Shown: positions 17,083 through 24,621 of the stretch, piece by piece | Numbering within the stretch: position 1 is the first letter of the stretch | How the letters are laid out: each line of letters opens with the position of its first letter | DNA from: a virus | Strand: one strand, 5' to 3' | Length of the DNA stretch: 50,487 nucleotides | IMG/VR virus record: IMGVR_UViG_3300029852_000012 | Location: 1-50,487 of that record | Program-made: the position numbers and the translations under genes | Notes under the pieces: generated by a model | What the model was told of the DNA's origin: nothing | Databases searched by the model: none | What the model saw: the letters and a program-made list of their open reading frames with translations, nothing else

Positions 17083-17664
17083 ATGAAACAAGTTCAATAT
17101 ACAGATTATGATAGTGTAGCAAACGCGAACAATCTAATGAAGTCAGGAAAGAAGTGCATAGGTGGTGTTTCTTGGAAATATTCAACTCAAAACTTTTATC
17201 TTGACAGAATTCGTCGAGTTAGGAAGTCAAAAGAGCGGCTTGACAATATGGAAAGAATGTCTGATGGTTTTACGACGTTTAAGATAAATGAACGAGGTAA
17301 AATCAGGAATATACGCTCTGTGCACATAAATGAGAGAATGGTTCAGAAAGCTCATTCGGAATTGACATTAGTTCCAAGGCTTCGACCAAAATTGGTGTAT
17401 GATAATTATGCATCTCTTGAAGGACGAGGAATACAAATGGCCTTTGATAGATTGAAGGTGCATTTGTGGAGATATTACCGAAAGCATGGAAACAATGAAG
17501 GCTATATTTTAGTTGCAGATTTACACGCGTATTTTGATAGCATTGACCATGATTGTGTGTATGAGCAATTGAGTAAAGTTTTCAAAGATGATTTGAAGTC
17601 GTTGTATTTGACGATGGATTTTGTTGATGCATTTGGTGATAAGTCTTTGGGATTAGGAAGTTAA
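17083..17664 (+). CDS. DGR reverse transcriptase, N-terminal fragment (ends at an in-frame TAA)
   Basis: Contains FKINERGKIRNIRSV, NERMVQKA and ADLHAYFDSIDH (RT motifs 1-3). It terminates inside ...SLGLGS* of the LGxxxSQ motif. Confidence 0.85.
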   Translation: MKQVQYTDYDSVANANNLMKSGKKCIGGVSWKYSTQNFYLDRIRRVRKSKERLDNMERMSDGFTTFKINERGKIRNIRSVHINERMVQKAHSELTLVPRLRPKLVYDNYASLEGRGIQMAFDRLKVHLWRYYRKHGNNEGYILVADLHAYFDSIDHDCVYEQLSKVFKDDLKSLYLTMDFVDAFGDKSLGLGS

Positions 17665-17682
17665 GTATCTCAAATTCTTGCA

Positions 17683-18261
17683 ATGTTTTATCCGAATAAG
17701 ATTGACCATTATATAAAAGAAGTTCTCAAGATTGAGGGTTTTGGAAGATACAATGATGACTTTATTCTTATACATGAAGACAAAGCATATTTGCAATATT
17801 GTCTTGATAAGATAATCGAAATGTATGGAGAGTTAGGAATAGAGTTAAATCAAAACAAAACTAAGATTTGTAAGCTTAGTACAGGTTTTAAGTTTCTAAA
17901 AACAAAAGTTCATTTGACCGAAACGGGTCGTGTTGTAATAAGGCCTGATAGAAAGTCAATAGTTCGGGAACGAAGAAAACTGAAAAAGCTTAAGACAAAA
18001 CTTGATGCTGGTGAAATCGAGTTTGAAGAAGTAAGGCAGCAGTATATGTCATGGAGGGGCTATATTGCAAAGTTTGATTCGTATAAAACTCTTAAAGATA
18101 TGGATAAGTTATTTGATGAGTTATTCATATTTAATTGGCATCAAAGCGAACAAGAACAAATTAAGAAGAAAAGGAGGAATTCTTACAATGTTAAATATGG
18201 AGACAAGCAAAGTCCAGCTTGCAGACGGCACGGTCTTGAACTTGAGGCTGAATGGGACTGA
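17683..18261 (+). CDS. DGR reverse transcriptase, C-terminal fragment (same frame as 17083..17664)
   Basis: Same frame as the upstream fragment. The sequence after the stop reads VSQILAMFYPNKIDHYI...GRYNDDFILIH (YxDD box), followed by a thumb-like basic region. Confidence 0.85.
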   Translation: MFYPNKIDHYIKEVLKIEGFGRYNDDFILIHEDKAYLQYCLDKIIEMYGELGIELNQNKTKICKLSTGFKFLKTKVHLTETGRVVIRPDRKSIVRERRKLKKLKTKLDAGEIEFEEVRQQYMSWRGYIAKFDSYKTLKDMDKLFDELFIFNWHQSEQEQIKKKRRNSYNVKYGDKQSPACRRHGLELEAEWD

Positions 18262-18559
18262 GTATGAATCGGATGAAGTGATTGAGGATGAAGTTCTTAG
18301 TGCATCAAATCTTGAGGATGTTACGATCGATGATGTGCATGAGGGCAAGATGGTTCTTAATTCTAAGTATCCGTTTGGTACTGGAACTCGTTTTAGTTTG
18401 AGGCATCAGACTGATGTTGAGAAGCTTATGGATGAGGTGTCCAAGGTTTCCAATGAAGCAAAGACTGCGACTAACACAGCAAACGAAGCAAAAGAAATGG
18501 CACAAACTGGAAGTGAATATGCCAAGGCCGGCAAGATTTTGCTTGGTGAGGAGGTATAA
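18188..18559 (+). CDS. Hypothetical protein (tail-fibre-associated region)
   Basis: ATG 18188 after AGGAGG, 123 aa. Overlaps the RT 3' end in another frame. Confidence 0.65.
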   Translation: MLNMETSKVQLADGTVLNLRLNGTEYESDEVIEDEVLSASNLEDVTIDDVHEGKMVLNSKYPFGTGTRFSLRHQTDVEKLMDEVSKVSNEAKTATNTANEAKEMAQTGSEYAKAGKILLGEEV

Positions 18560-18562
18560 GCT

Positions 18563-18988
18563 ATGAGTGAAATTATTGATAAGGCTTATACATTAAGAGC
18601 CAAGATTGAGCAGATGTCTCAGAATACGATTACGGAAGATGCCGAAGCTCTTGATTATTCGGAGCTCTTTCCTAATTGGGATGGAAATGGAGTAAAATAC
18701 ACTGCAGGATTCAGAGTCCGTTATAATGGTGTATTATATAAAGTTTTGCAGGAGCATGTATCTCAGGAAACTTGGAATCCAGTAGAGGCTCCAAGTTTGT
18801 TTGCAGAGGTTCTTATTCCTGACCCTGGTGTTATTCCTGAATGGAAGCAGCCTGAATCTACTAATGGTTATGCCAAAGGTGATAAGGTTACTCATAATGG
18901 AAAGACTTGGGAGTCTCAGGTTGATAACAACGTTTGGGAGCCTGGTGTTGGAGGAACTGAATCTTTGTGGTTTGAAGTTACCGGTTAA
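18563..18988 (+). CDS. Protein with two CBM5/12-like carbohydrate-binding repeats, putative
   Basis: 141 aa. Two repeats: YTAGFRVRYNGVLYKVLQEHVSQETWNPVEAPSLF and YAKGDKVTHNGKTWESQVDNNVWEPGV...LW. Confidence 0.5.
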   Translation: MSEIIDKAYTLRAKIEQMSQNTITEDAEALDYSELFPNWDGNGVKYTAGFRVRYNGVLYKVLQEHVSQETWNPVEAPSLFAEVLIPDPGVIPEWKQPESTNGYAKGDKVTHNGKTWESQVDNNVWEPGVGGTESLWFEVTG

Positions 18989-19014
18989 AATCAGCTTAGT
19001 AGGAGGATGCAGAT

Positions 19015-19326
19015 ATGTCAGATAGTCCAATTATGAGAGCTGAGCACGAAGAGTTCGTAAGGAGAATGGAGGAAGAACATAAGCACCAAAATAAGCGACT
19101 CGACCTTCTTGAAAAGCAAACTGAACAGATTACCGACATTGCTATGTCTACCAAGGAGCTTGCAATTAGTGTAAAGCAAATGGCAGAGGAGCAAAGAGAG
19201 CAGGGAAACAGACTCGAGAAATTAGAAGGGCGAGATGGTGAAATGTGGCGCAAAGTAGTTGGCTACGTCATAACTGCAGTGATTGGTATTCTGATTGGCT
19301 TCGTGTTTCGGCAAATTGGAATGTGA
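19015..19326 (+). CDS. xhlA: XhlA-like haemolysin / lysis-associated membrane protein
   Basis: 103 aa. N-terminal coiled coil (...RLEKLEGRDGEMWRKV) followed by one C-terminal TM helix (VGYVITAVIGILIGFVF), the XhlA architecture. Confidence 0.6.
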   Translation: MSDSPIMRAEHEEFVRRMEEEHKHQNKRLDLLEKQTEQITDIAMSTKELAISVKQMAEEQREQGNRLEKLEGRDGEMWRKVVGYVITAVIGILIGFVFRQIGM

Positions 19327-19366
19327 GAAGTTGAAAAGACAATTGAATTTTTGATTGATGTGTGTA

Positions 19367-19384
19367 GGGTGGCGAAAGCTGCCC
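19367..19384 (+). terminator. GAAA-tetraloop hairpin after the structural operon
   Basis: GGGTGGC-GAAA-GCTGCCC: 7-bp stem with two G.U pairs. Lies 40 nt after the xhlA-like stop. No strong T-run. Confidence 0.45.
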
Positions 19385-19437
19385 TATGCGCATTTCTACA
19401 CAGCAAAACTTTTTTCAAAAACTTTTCAAAAAAGGTA

Positions 19438-19466
19438 TGTACAAATTCAAAATAACATGGTATAAT
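19438..19466 (+). promoter_or_regulatory. Promoter P2: TGTACA-N17-TATAAT
   Basis: TGTACA 19438-43 and tgGTATAAT with TATAAT at 19461-66. Upstream is ttttcaaaaacttttcaaaaaa. Confidence 0.7.
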
Positions 19467-19522
19467 ATAATCAGGTTAAAGATAAGGCCTACAAAATAAT
19501 GAGTGTTCAGGAGGAACGAAAA

Positions 19523-19903
19523 ATGTACAAATTCTTAAATCTACATCCAAAAGGAAAAATAGTTGGTGATTGTGTAAAACGAGCAATTGCAGGTGCAGAA
19601 AATCGTGATTACATGGAAGTTCAAAGGGAACTTAATCGTTTGAAGAAGGAAACACATTGTGATTGTTTCAATAACAGAAAGAACATTACAGCGTATATGC
19701 AGAAGCATGGTTACATAAAGCTTAGCTTTCCTGCAGTTAAAGGTGAACCTCGAATGAACGGTGAAAGATTCTGCCAAGCATATTCAAAAGGACGATATAT
19801 CTTAAATATGGCCGGGCATCTTACATGTTGTGTTGATGGTGTTATTTATGACACATGGGACTGCTCACAGAAATGTGTGTATAACGCATGGAAAGTTCGA
19901 TAA
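19523..19903 (+). CDS. Hypothetical early protein with a possible Cys/His/Asp papain-like pattern
   Basis: ATG 19523 after AGGAGG, 126 aa. Contains GDCVKRAI...GHLTCCVDGVIYDTWD. Confidence 0.6.
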   Translation: MYKFLNLHPKGKIVGDCVKRAIAGAENRDYMEVQRELNRLKKETHCDCFNNRKNITAYMQKHGYIKLSFPAVKGEPRMNGERFCQAYSKGRYILNMAGHLTCCVDGVIYDTWDCSQKCVYNAWKVR

Positions 19904-19911
19904 ATTAGGGG

Positions 19912-19940
19912 TGTACAAGTTGCACCCTATATGGTATAAT
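19912..19940 (+). promoter_or_regulatory. Promoter P3: TGTACA-N17-TATAAT
   Basis: TGTACA 19912-17 and tgGTATAAT with TATAAT at 19935-40. Starts 9 nt after the upstream stop codon. Confidence 0.65.
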
Positions 19941-19979
19941 AAAATCATAAACAAAACAAATGCTTAGGAGGGCAAAACA

Positions 19980-20264
19980 ATGACAGTTAACTATAATACT
20001 TACAATGAAGAGAAAAAGGCGTTCTTTAAGAAACATAATAATGATTTTAGATGTGATACATCTTCTATGGATGAGTACGGACGCTATTGGAAAACATACA
20101 CTTTTGAAGATGGTGCTCAGTGGTATGAAGCAATGTCACCTGAGTATGTGTCCCAAGAGGTTGAAGTTAAGATGTGTAAGATGAACATCGAAGTTAAGAT
20201 GTTTAGAACAGAGTTTTGGAATACTGATGATGCTTCTTCTAAATATTATTACGAAAAATTTTAA
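19980..20264 (+). CDS. Hypothetical early protein (94 aa)
   Basis: RBS AGGAGG. The ORF ends at TAA 20262-64, directly abutting the hammerhead motif. Confidence 0.7.
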   Translation: MTVNYNTYNEEKKAFFKKHNNDFRCDTSSMDEYGRYWKTYTFEDGAQWYEAMSPEYVSQEVEVKMCKMNIEVKMFRTEFWNTDDASSKYYYEKF

Positions 20265-20321
20265 GTCACCCTGATGAGTCTTTGAAAATTAAGACGAAAC
20301 CGGCATAAGCCGGTCGGTGGC
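20265..20321 (+). ncRNA. Hammerhead self-cleaving ribozyme motif, type I topology
   Basis: GUCACC / CUGAUGA / GUCUU-UGAAAAUU-AAGAC / GAA / A-CCGGC-AUAA-GCCGG-U / C | GGUGGC. All invariant core nucleotides are present and three helices can form. Predicted cleavage is after C20315. Confidence 0.8.
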
Positions 20322-20356
20322 ATGCGGCTACCAAATTATCAAAGGAGGACATAGGT

Positions 20357-20869
20357 ATGTCAAAAGAAAATTTACAGAACAAAACTTGCAAAGAGCTCAG
20401 AGAGCTTGCAAAGGACATGAACATCTCTGGTAGATGGGACATGACCAAGGACCAGTTGATTGATGCAATCTTAGGAGCGGAAGTGTTAGAGAAAAACGAT
20501 GAATCTGAAAGTGCTAAAGACGAATGTAAGATTGACAATCACGATGTCGTAGAGGTGGAAGATAAAGTTGAGAAAGAATCCGCCAACGTCAATGTTGATA
20601 TGGCTCAGAAGATGCCGTATATTGAAAACGTCGAAATCGGTACTTTGGTTGCTTTCCGTCTTTCCAATGGTAAGGTAAAATCTGCTAAGGTCACTCGTAA
20701 GTCTACCAAGAATCGTAAGCTTAAGCTTGAGACTGATTATGGTGCTGAGTACATTATATCTTTTGATGATATTGTATGGGTACGTACAGGTAAGCGTTGG
20801 CCTCGTGGAGTTTATAAGCTTTTGAAAGGATTGGTGGATGAGAATGGCAAAGAGGAACAGAAAAGCTAA
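20357..20869 (+). CDS. HeH/Rho-N-like domain protein, hypothetical
   Basis: 170 aa. The N-terminus KTCKELRELAKDMNISGRWDMTKDQLIDAIL is paralogous to the N-terminus of 44967..45449. Confidence 0.7.
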   Translation: MSKENLQNKTCKELRELAKDMNISGRWDMTKDQLIDAILGAEVLEKNDESESAKDECKIDNHDVVEVEDKVEKESANVNVDMAQKMPYIENVEIGTLVAFRLSNGKVKSAKVTRKSTKNRKLKLETDYGAEYIISFDDIVWVRTGKRWPRGVYKLLKGLVDENGKEEQKS

Positions 20870-21401
20870 ACTTAGTTCGACTGAGTGTAGACAATCTGTT
20901 CGTAAGTTCTTTGAGAGACAATCGAGATTTAAGCAGGTGCAATCACAGTTCAATGAATTGAAAGCACAATTCAGCAGTGATATGGAGGACTATTTTGAGT
21001 GTGAAGGCATCGATAAGTCACTTACGTTTTCGTATGATGATTTAGTCGAAAGCGACTTGGTGGTCAATCGTATTCAAAAGTCAAGTGTTGAGTTCGACCC
21101 TGATAAGCTTGCAAAAGCTTTAGGAAAACAGCTTGCTAAGCAGGTAATAATTAAGAAGTACGAAATCACTGACATGGACGCATTGATTGCTTACCTTAAA
21201 GAATGTGATGTGGACCCTAAAATCTTTAAGTCGTTCTTGAATGTGTCACAAACAGTTGATACTCAGGAGCTTGATAGACTTGAGGAGATTGGGAAGATAA
21301 CCGCAGAACAGGTAAAAGGTTGCTACACTGTAAAACGTCAGAAACCCTATTTCACTGTTGGTGTGAAACGAGGGCATGACGATGGAGAACAAAAGTGGTG
21401 A
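20838..21401 (+). CDS. Hypothetical protein (187 aa)
   Basis: Long ORF with an AAGGA RBS. Overlaps its neighbours by ~30 nt at both ends. Confidence 0.65.
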   Translation: MRMAKRNRKAKLSSTECRQSVRKFFERQSRFKQVQSQFNELKAQFSSDMEDYFECEGIDKSLTFSYDDLVESDLVVNRIQKSSVEFDPDKLAKALGKQLAKQVIIKKYEITDMDALIAYLKECDVDPKIFKSFLNVSQTVDTQELDRLEEIGKITAEQVKGCYTVKRQKPYFTVGVKRGHDDGEQKW

Positions 21402-22356
21402 AGCATTAGCAAAGGTTTTATGGTATTATAATCTGATACCTGATGTTGCATCATTAAGTCAGAAAATCGTTTGTCCTTTTCATGACGATGTAAACCCAAG
21501 CATGATTGTGAATTTTGAAGATGGTTCATGGTTTTGCTTTGGATGTGGATTGACTGGTGATGCAAAGAAGTTTGTAAAGCTTATGGAGTCCAATTACAAT
21601 GGGCTGAATGACTTGCAGGCTTATCAAAAATATCTTCGTATTCTGAAATCCGATAAGTGTAGCGGTATAAAACTGGATAGGTCTCTGATTAAACAGAAGT
21701 CACTCCAGAGGGATTTATATAATGAAGCCTATGATTACTACCACGGATTAAGAAAAGTTAACTGGAGGGATTCTGATGAACCTGAGGTGGTGGCTGCTAG
21801 AGAATACATGACCAAGAGAGGATTCAAGCCAGGTACCCTACATAAATGCAAAGCCAAGGTTACATATAATAAGAGTTATGGAATCATATTCCCAATGCTT
21901 GACAATGGAAAGTTCAAAGGTTGGGTATGTCGTACGATGATTAAGTCGGTTGAAGAACGACGCAAATATCTATACAATGAAGGATTCAGTCGAGCAACAA
22001 CTCTTGTGGGCGATTATGGAACTAAAGACTATGTGTTTGTGGTTGAGGGTTACATGGACCGATTGAAGTTTGTGCAATTTGGTGAAGACAATGTGGTTGC
22101 TATTTTAGGTTGGAAAATGTCACCTCAGCAAATTCAAAAGCTGAAAGACAAAGGAATCACGAAAGTGATAAGTGCATTGGACAATGATGAGTGTGGTCGC
22201 AAAGGTACTAAATTTCTTGAGCAACATTTCGAGGTAACGAGATTCAAATATCTCAAAGGAATAAAGGACCCAGGTGATATGACTCAAGAGTTGTTCGATA
22301 AAATGTTTAAGAAAACTATGGAAATCTATGAATCAAAAACAAGGAGGAAACCATAA
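21376..22356 (+). CDS. dnaG: DNA primase (DnaG-type: CHC2 zinc finger plus TOPRIM)
   Basis: Contains CPFHDDVNPSMIVNFEDGSWFCFGCG, then VVEGYMD and ALDNDECG. In-frame ATG 21382 has better SD spacing. Confidence 0.9.
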   Translation: MTMENKSGEALAKVLWYYNLIPDVASLSQKIVCPFHDDVNPSMIVNFEDGSWFCFGCGLTGDAKKFVKLMESNYNGLNDLQAYQKYLRILKSDKCSGIKLDRSLIKQKSLQRDLYNEAYDYYHGLRKVNWRDSDEPEVVAAREYMTKRGFKPGTLHKCKAKVTYNKSYGIIFPMLDNGKFKGWVCRTMIKSVEERRKYLYNEGFSRATTLVGDYGTKDYVFVVEGYMDRLKFVQFGEDNVVAILGWKMSPQQIQKLKDKGITKVISALDNDECGRKGTKFLEQHFEVTRFKYLKGIKDPGDMTQELFDKMFKKTMEIYESKTRRKP

Positions 22357-23198
22357 TGGGTTTAGTCGATAAAATTAAGCAGGATGTAAAAAGGTCCGGT
22401 CAGAACAAAGGTAAGTTCATCTACTTCAGAGAAGGTCAGAAAATCAGAGTTCGTTTCTTGACTGATATGGACGACGGAATGGAAGTTACATTCCATGATA
22501 GTTTTGAAGCCGGAATCAATGTTCCTTGTCAGGAGCTTTTCGGAAAGGATTGTCCTTATTGTGATGATGACAGTCTTCGTACTCGTTCTCAGTATATCTG
22601 GTCTGTATGGAATTATGAGACCAAGGAAGTTCAGCTGTTCATGTTCCCTGTGAATAACTGCAGCCCGATTCCTGCACTGATGGCAATGTATGAGAACTAT
22701 GGCACAATCACTGACCGTGACTATGTGATTAGTGTTTCCGGCAAGCAGCAGAATAAGACGTTCTCTGTTGTTCCTATGGACAAGGTTAAGTTCAGAAATG
22801 AAAAGGCGAAAGCTTACTCTGAAAAGTCTATCCTTAAGATGCTTGATAAGGCATTCCCTTGTGATGCAACTGAGGATGACGATGAAGAAGAGGATGAGGC
22901 ACCTAAGAAACGTGCTCCGAAGTCTACTGGCAAGAAGAACACTCGTAAGCCTGAGCCGGAAGATGATGACGATGAGGATGATTACGACAACGAGGATTGG
23001 TGCGAAGAGGAGGAAGACGATGTAGTCGATTACTCTGAAATGTCTGCCAAAGAGTTGTACAACCTCTGTAAGGAACGTGACATTAAGGTAGCTCCAAAGA
23101 AACCTGCTAAGTATTACATCAATCAGCTTGAGGAATGGGATGCTGCTCAGGAAGACTGGGGTGAAGAGGAGGAAGACGATGAATGGGAAGACGACTAA
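22356..23198 (+). CDS. Putative ssDNA-binding protein (gp32-like Zn/OB pattern) with HeH motif and acidic tail
   Basis: 280 aa. Contains ...KIRVRFL...H...CQELFGKDCPYCDD..., the C-terminal motif SAKELYNLCKERDIKVAPKKPAKYY, and DDEEEDE / EEEDDEWEDD tails. Confidence 0.5.
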   Translation: MGLVDKIKQDVKRSGQNKGKFIYFREGQKIRVRFLTDMDDGMEVTFHDSFEAGINVPCQELFGKDCPYCDDDSLRTRSQYIWSVWNYETKEVQLFMFPVNNCSPIPALMAMYENYGTITDRDYVISVSGKQQNKTFSVVPMDKVKFRNEKAKAYSEKSILKMLDKAFPCDATEDDDEEEDEAPKKRAPKSTGKKNTRKPEPEDDDDEDDYDNEDWCEEEEDDVVDYSEMSAKELYNLCKERDIKVAPKKPAKYYINQLEEWDAAQEDWGEEEEDDEWEDD

Positions 23199-23562
23199 TG
23201 CAATAACTTTGCAGCAGTTGTTCAACACTCAACTCATAACTCAAGATAAGCTCATTCATAAAGGTGTCTATGATAGATACAAGGATGAGCATACAGTTAC
23301 TGTTCCTGTGGATGATGTTGGTTTAGCATCATATCATGTTCAGCAGCTTATGTCCGAGATTGGTGAGGTGTTGGACGCTGATAAAAGGTGGAAATCACAT
23401 CGCAATGATAAGTATGATAAGAATGCAAAGCTTGAGGAATTGGCCGATTGTTTTGTGGTACTTATGAACATTGCAATGTTTTCCGGATTTGATGGTGACG
23501 ACTTGGCCAATGCAATTCAGCAAAAGCTTGGTGTTGTGTCTGACCGTCTTGAAACTTTATAA
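23179..23562 (+). CDS. MazG-like / all-alpha nucleoside triphosphate pyrophosphohydrolase (dUTPase-like)
   Basis: ATG 23179 after GAGGAGGAAG. Contains LMSEIGEVLDA...KLEELADCFVVLMNIA (an ExxE...EExxD-type motif). Confidence 0.6.
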   Translation: MNGKTTNAITLQQLFNTQLITQDKLIHKGVYDRYKDEHTVTVPVDDVGLASYHVQQLMSEIGEVLDADKRWKSHRNDKYDKNAKLEELADCFVVLMNIAMFSGFDGDDLANAIQQKLGVVSDRLETL

Positions 23563-23581
23563 GGGAAGTATTCACATAGTT

Positions 23582-23612
23582 GGGAGGGGCTAAACTCCCT
23601 CCCTACATTTTT
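23582..23612 (+). terminator. Rho-independent terminator
   Basis: GGGAGGGG-ctaaac-TCCCTCCC stem at 23582-23603, followed by tacaTTTTT. Confidence 0.6.
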
Positions 23613-23630
23613 AGAAAAGGAGAAATCGCC

Positions 23631-24113
23631 ATGAACGATATTAAAAATATGAAGGTGTACTTTGCAAGCCCTTGGTTCAATCCTGACCAGGCAGAACGTG
23701 AGGAGCGTGTAAAGGGACGTTTGAGAGAACTTGGATTCAATGTATGGAGTCCTAAGGAGAACAGTTCGTTGTCACCTATTACTGACCCGGTAATTCGTGA
23801 GAAAATCTTCTCAGCAAATGTTGAGCATATCAAGTCTTGTGACATTATCTTCGCAATCACTGATGGCAAGGACATGGGCACCATTTGGGAAGCTGGTTTT
23901 GCTAACGGCTATAATGCGGGTATGGAGGACCCTGAAACTTTCAAGCCCATCATCATTGTGTATTATTGTGAGACACTTGGTCCGAATGGTCAGTTCAATC
24001 TGATGCTTGCTCAGTCCGGTAACATCACAATCACAAAGTTTGAGGACCTTGATAAGTTGCCTAAGTTGATTGAAAAGAATGAGGGACTTGCTTATGCTGG
24101 AATTGTTGAGTAA
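23631..24113 (+). CDS. Nucleoside 2-deoxyribosyltransferase-family protein
   Basis: ATG 23631 after AAGGAG. Contains VYFASPWFNPDQ...IFAITDGKDMGTIWEAGFA, the family pattern. The TTG 23580 extension overlaps the terminator. Confidence 0.75.
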   Translation: MNDIKNMKVYFASPWFNPDQAEREERVKGRLRELGFNVWSPKENSSLSPITDPVIREKIFSANVEHIKSCDIIFAITDGKDMGTIWEAGFANGYNAGMEDPETFKPIIIVYYCETLGPNGQFNLMLAQSGNITITKFEDLDKLPKLIEKNEGLAYAGIVE

Positions 24114-24621
24114 AGAATCCATAATGAGTGAGTACCCGCTCAAGAAGATTATCAGGTACAATCATCGTAGTAGACTTCAAGATGAGAGTGTTGCAGAGCA
24201 TACTTGCTTCGTTTCCTTGTTCTGTCTTAAGATTATGGCTCAGCTCAATCTTACTCATGAGCAGGAACGACAGGTTCTGATTCTTGCAGCATTGCATGAT
24301 ACATGCGAAAGTCGTACATCTGACATTCCTCATGATGTCAAAGCAAACTATCCTGAGATGCAGCAAATACTCGACAGAATCGAGCAGGACTACTACAAAG
24401 AACATTGGAAAAATTATCTCGGAGAGGTGTACAAACCTGAGTCGATAGTGTATAATATTCTTAAGTTGGCAGATGCCTACAGTGTATATCAGTGGTGTTT
24501 GAATGAAAAGGCTCTTGGTAATTCTTCCGATTGTATTGGAGAGATTTACTTCGAATCTAAAGAACGCCTTGAGAAATACACGAATGAAATCAACAAACTA
24601 ATTGAGAAGGAGGCCAAATAA
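24094..24621 (+). CDS. HD-domain phosphohydrolase (YfbR-like 5'-deoxynucleotidase)
   Basis: Contains SVAEHTCFV...ALHDTCESRTSDIPHDVK (H...HD...D). ATG 24124 is an alternative start. Confidence 0.7.
   Translation: MLELLSKESIMSEYPLKKIIRYNHRSRLQDESVAEHTCFVSLFCLKIMAQLNLTHEQERQVLILAALHDTCESRTSDIPHDVKANYPEMQQILDRIEQDYYKEHWKNYLGEVYKPESIVYNILKLADAYSVYQWCLNEKALGNSSDCIGEIYFESKERLEKYTNEINKLIEKEAK

Noticed and set aside
17662-17664. Stop-codon reassignment (TAA read as sense) as the explanation for the interrupted RT
   Set aside because: TAA terminates many complete, motif-intact genes in this genome, such as the portal at 734-736, MuF at 2355-57 and the 19980 gene at 20262-64. Global recoding is therefore not tenable. 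A point nonsense change from TTA is the simpler reading.
23580-23630. TTG 23580 as the start of the deoxyribosyltransferase-family gene (ORF-track start)
   Set aside because: The extension would be translated through a strong terminator hairpin (23582-23603 plus T-run). ATG 23631 has an AAGGAG RBS and matches the family's usual N-terminus (VYFASPWF).
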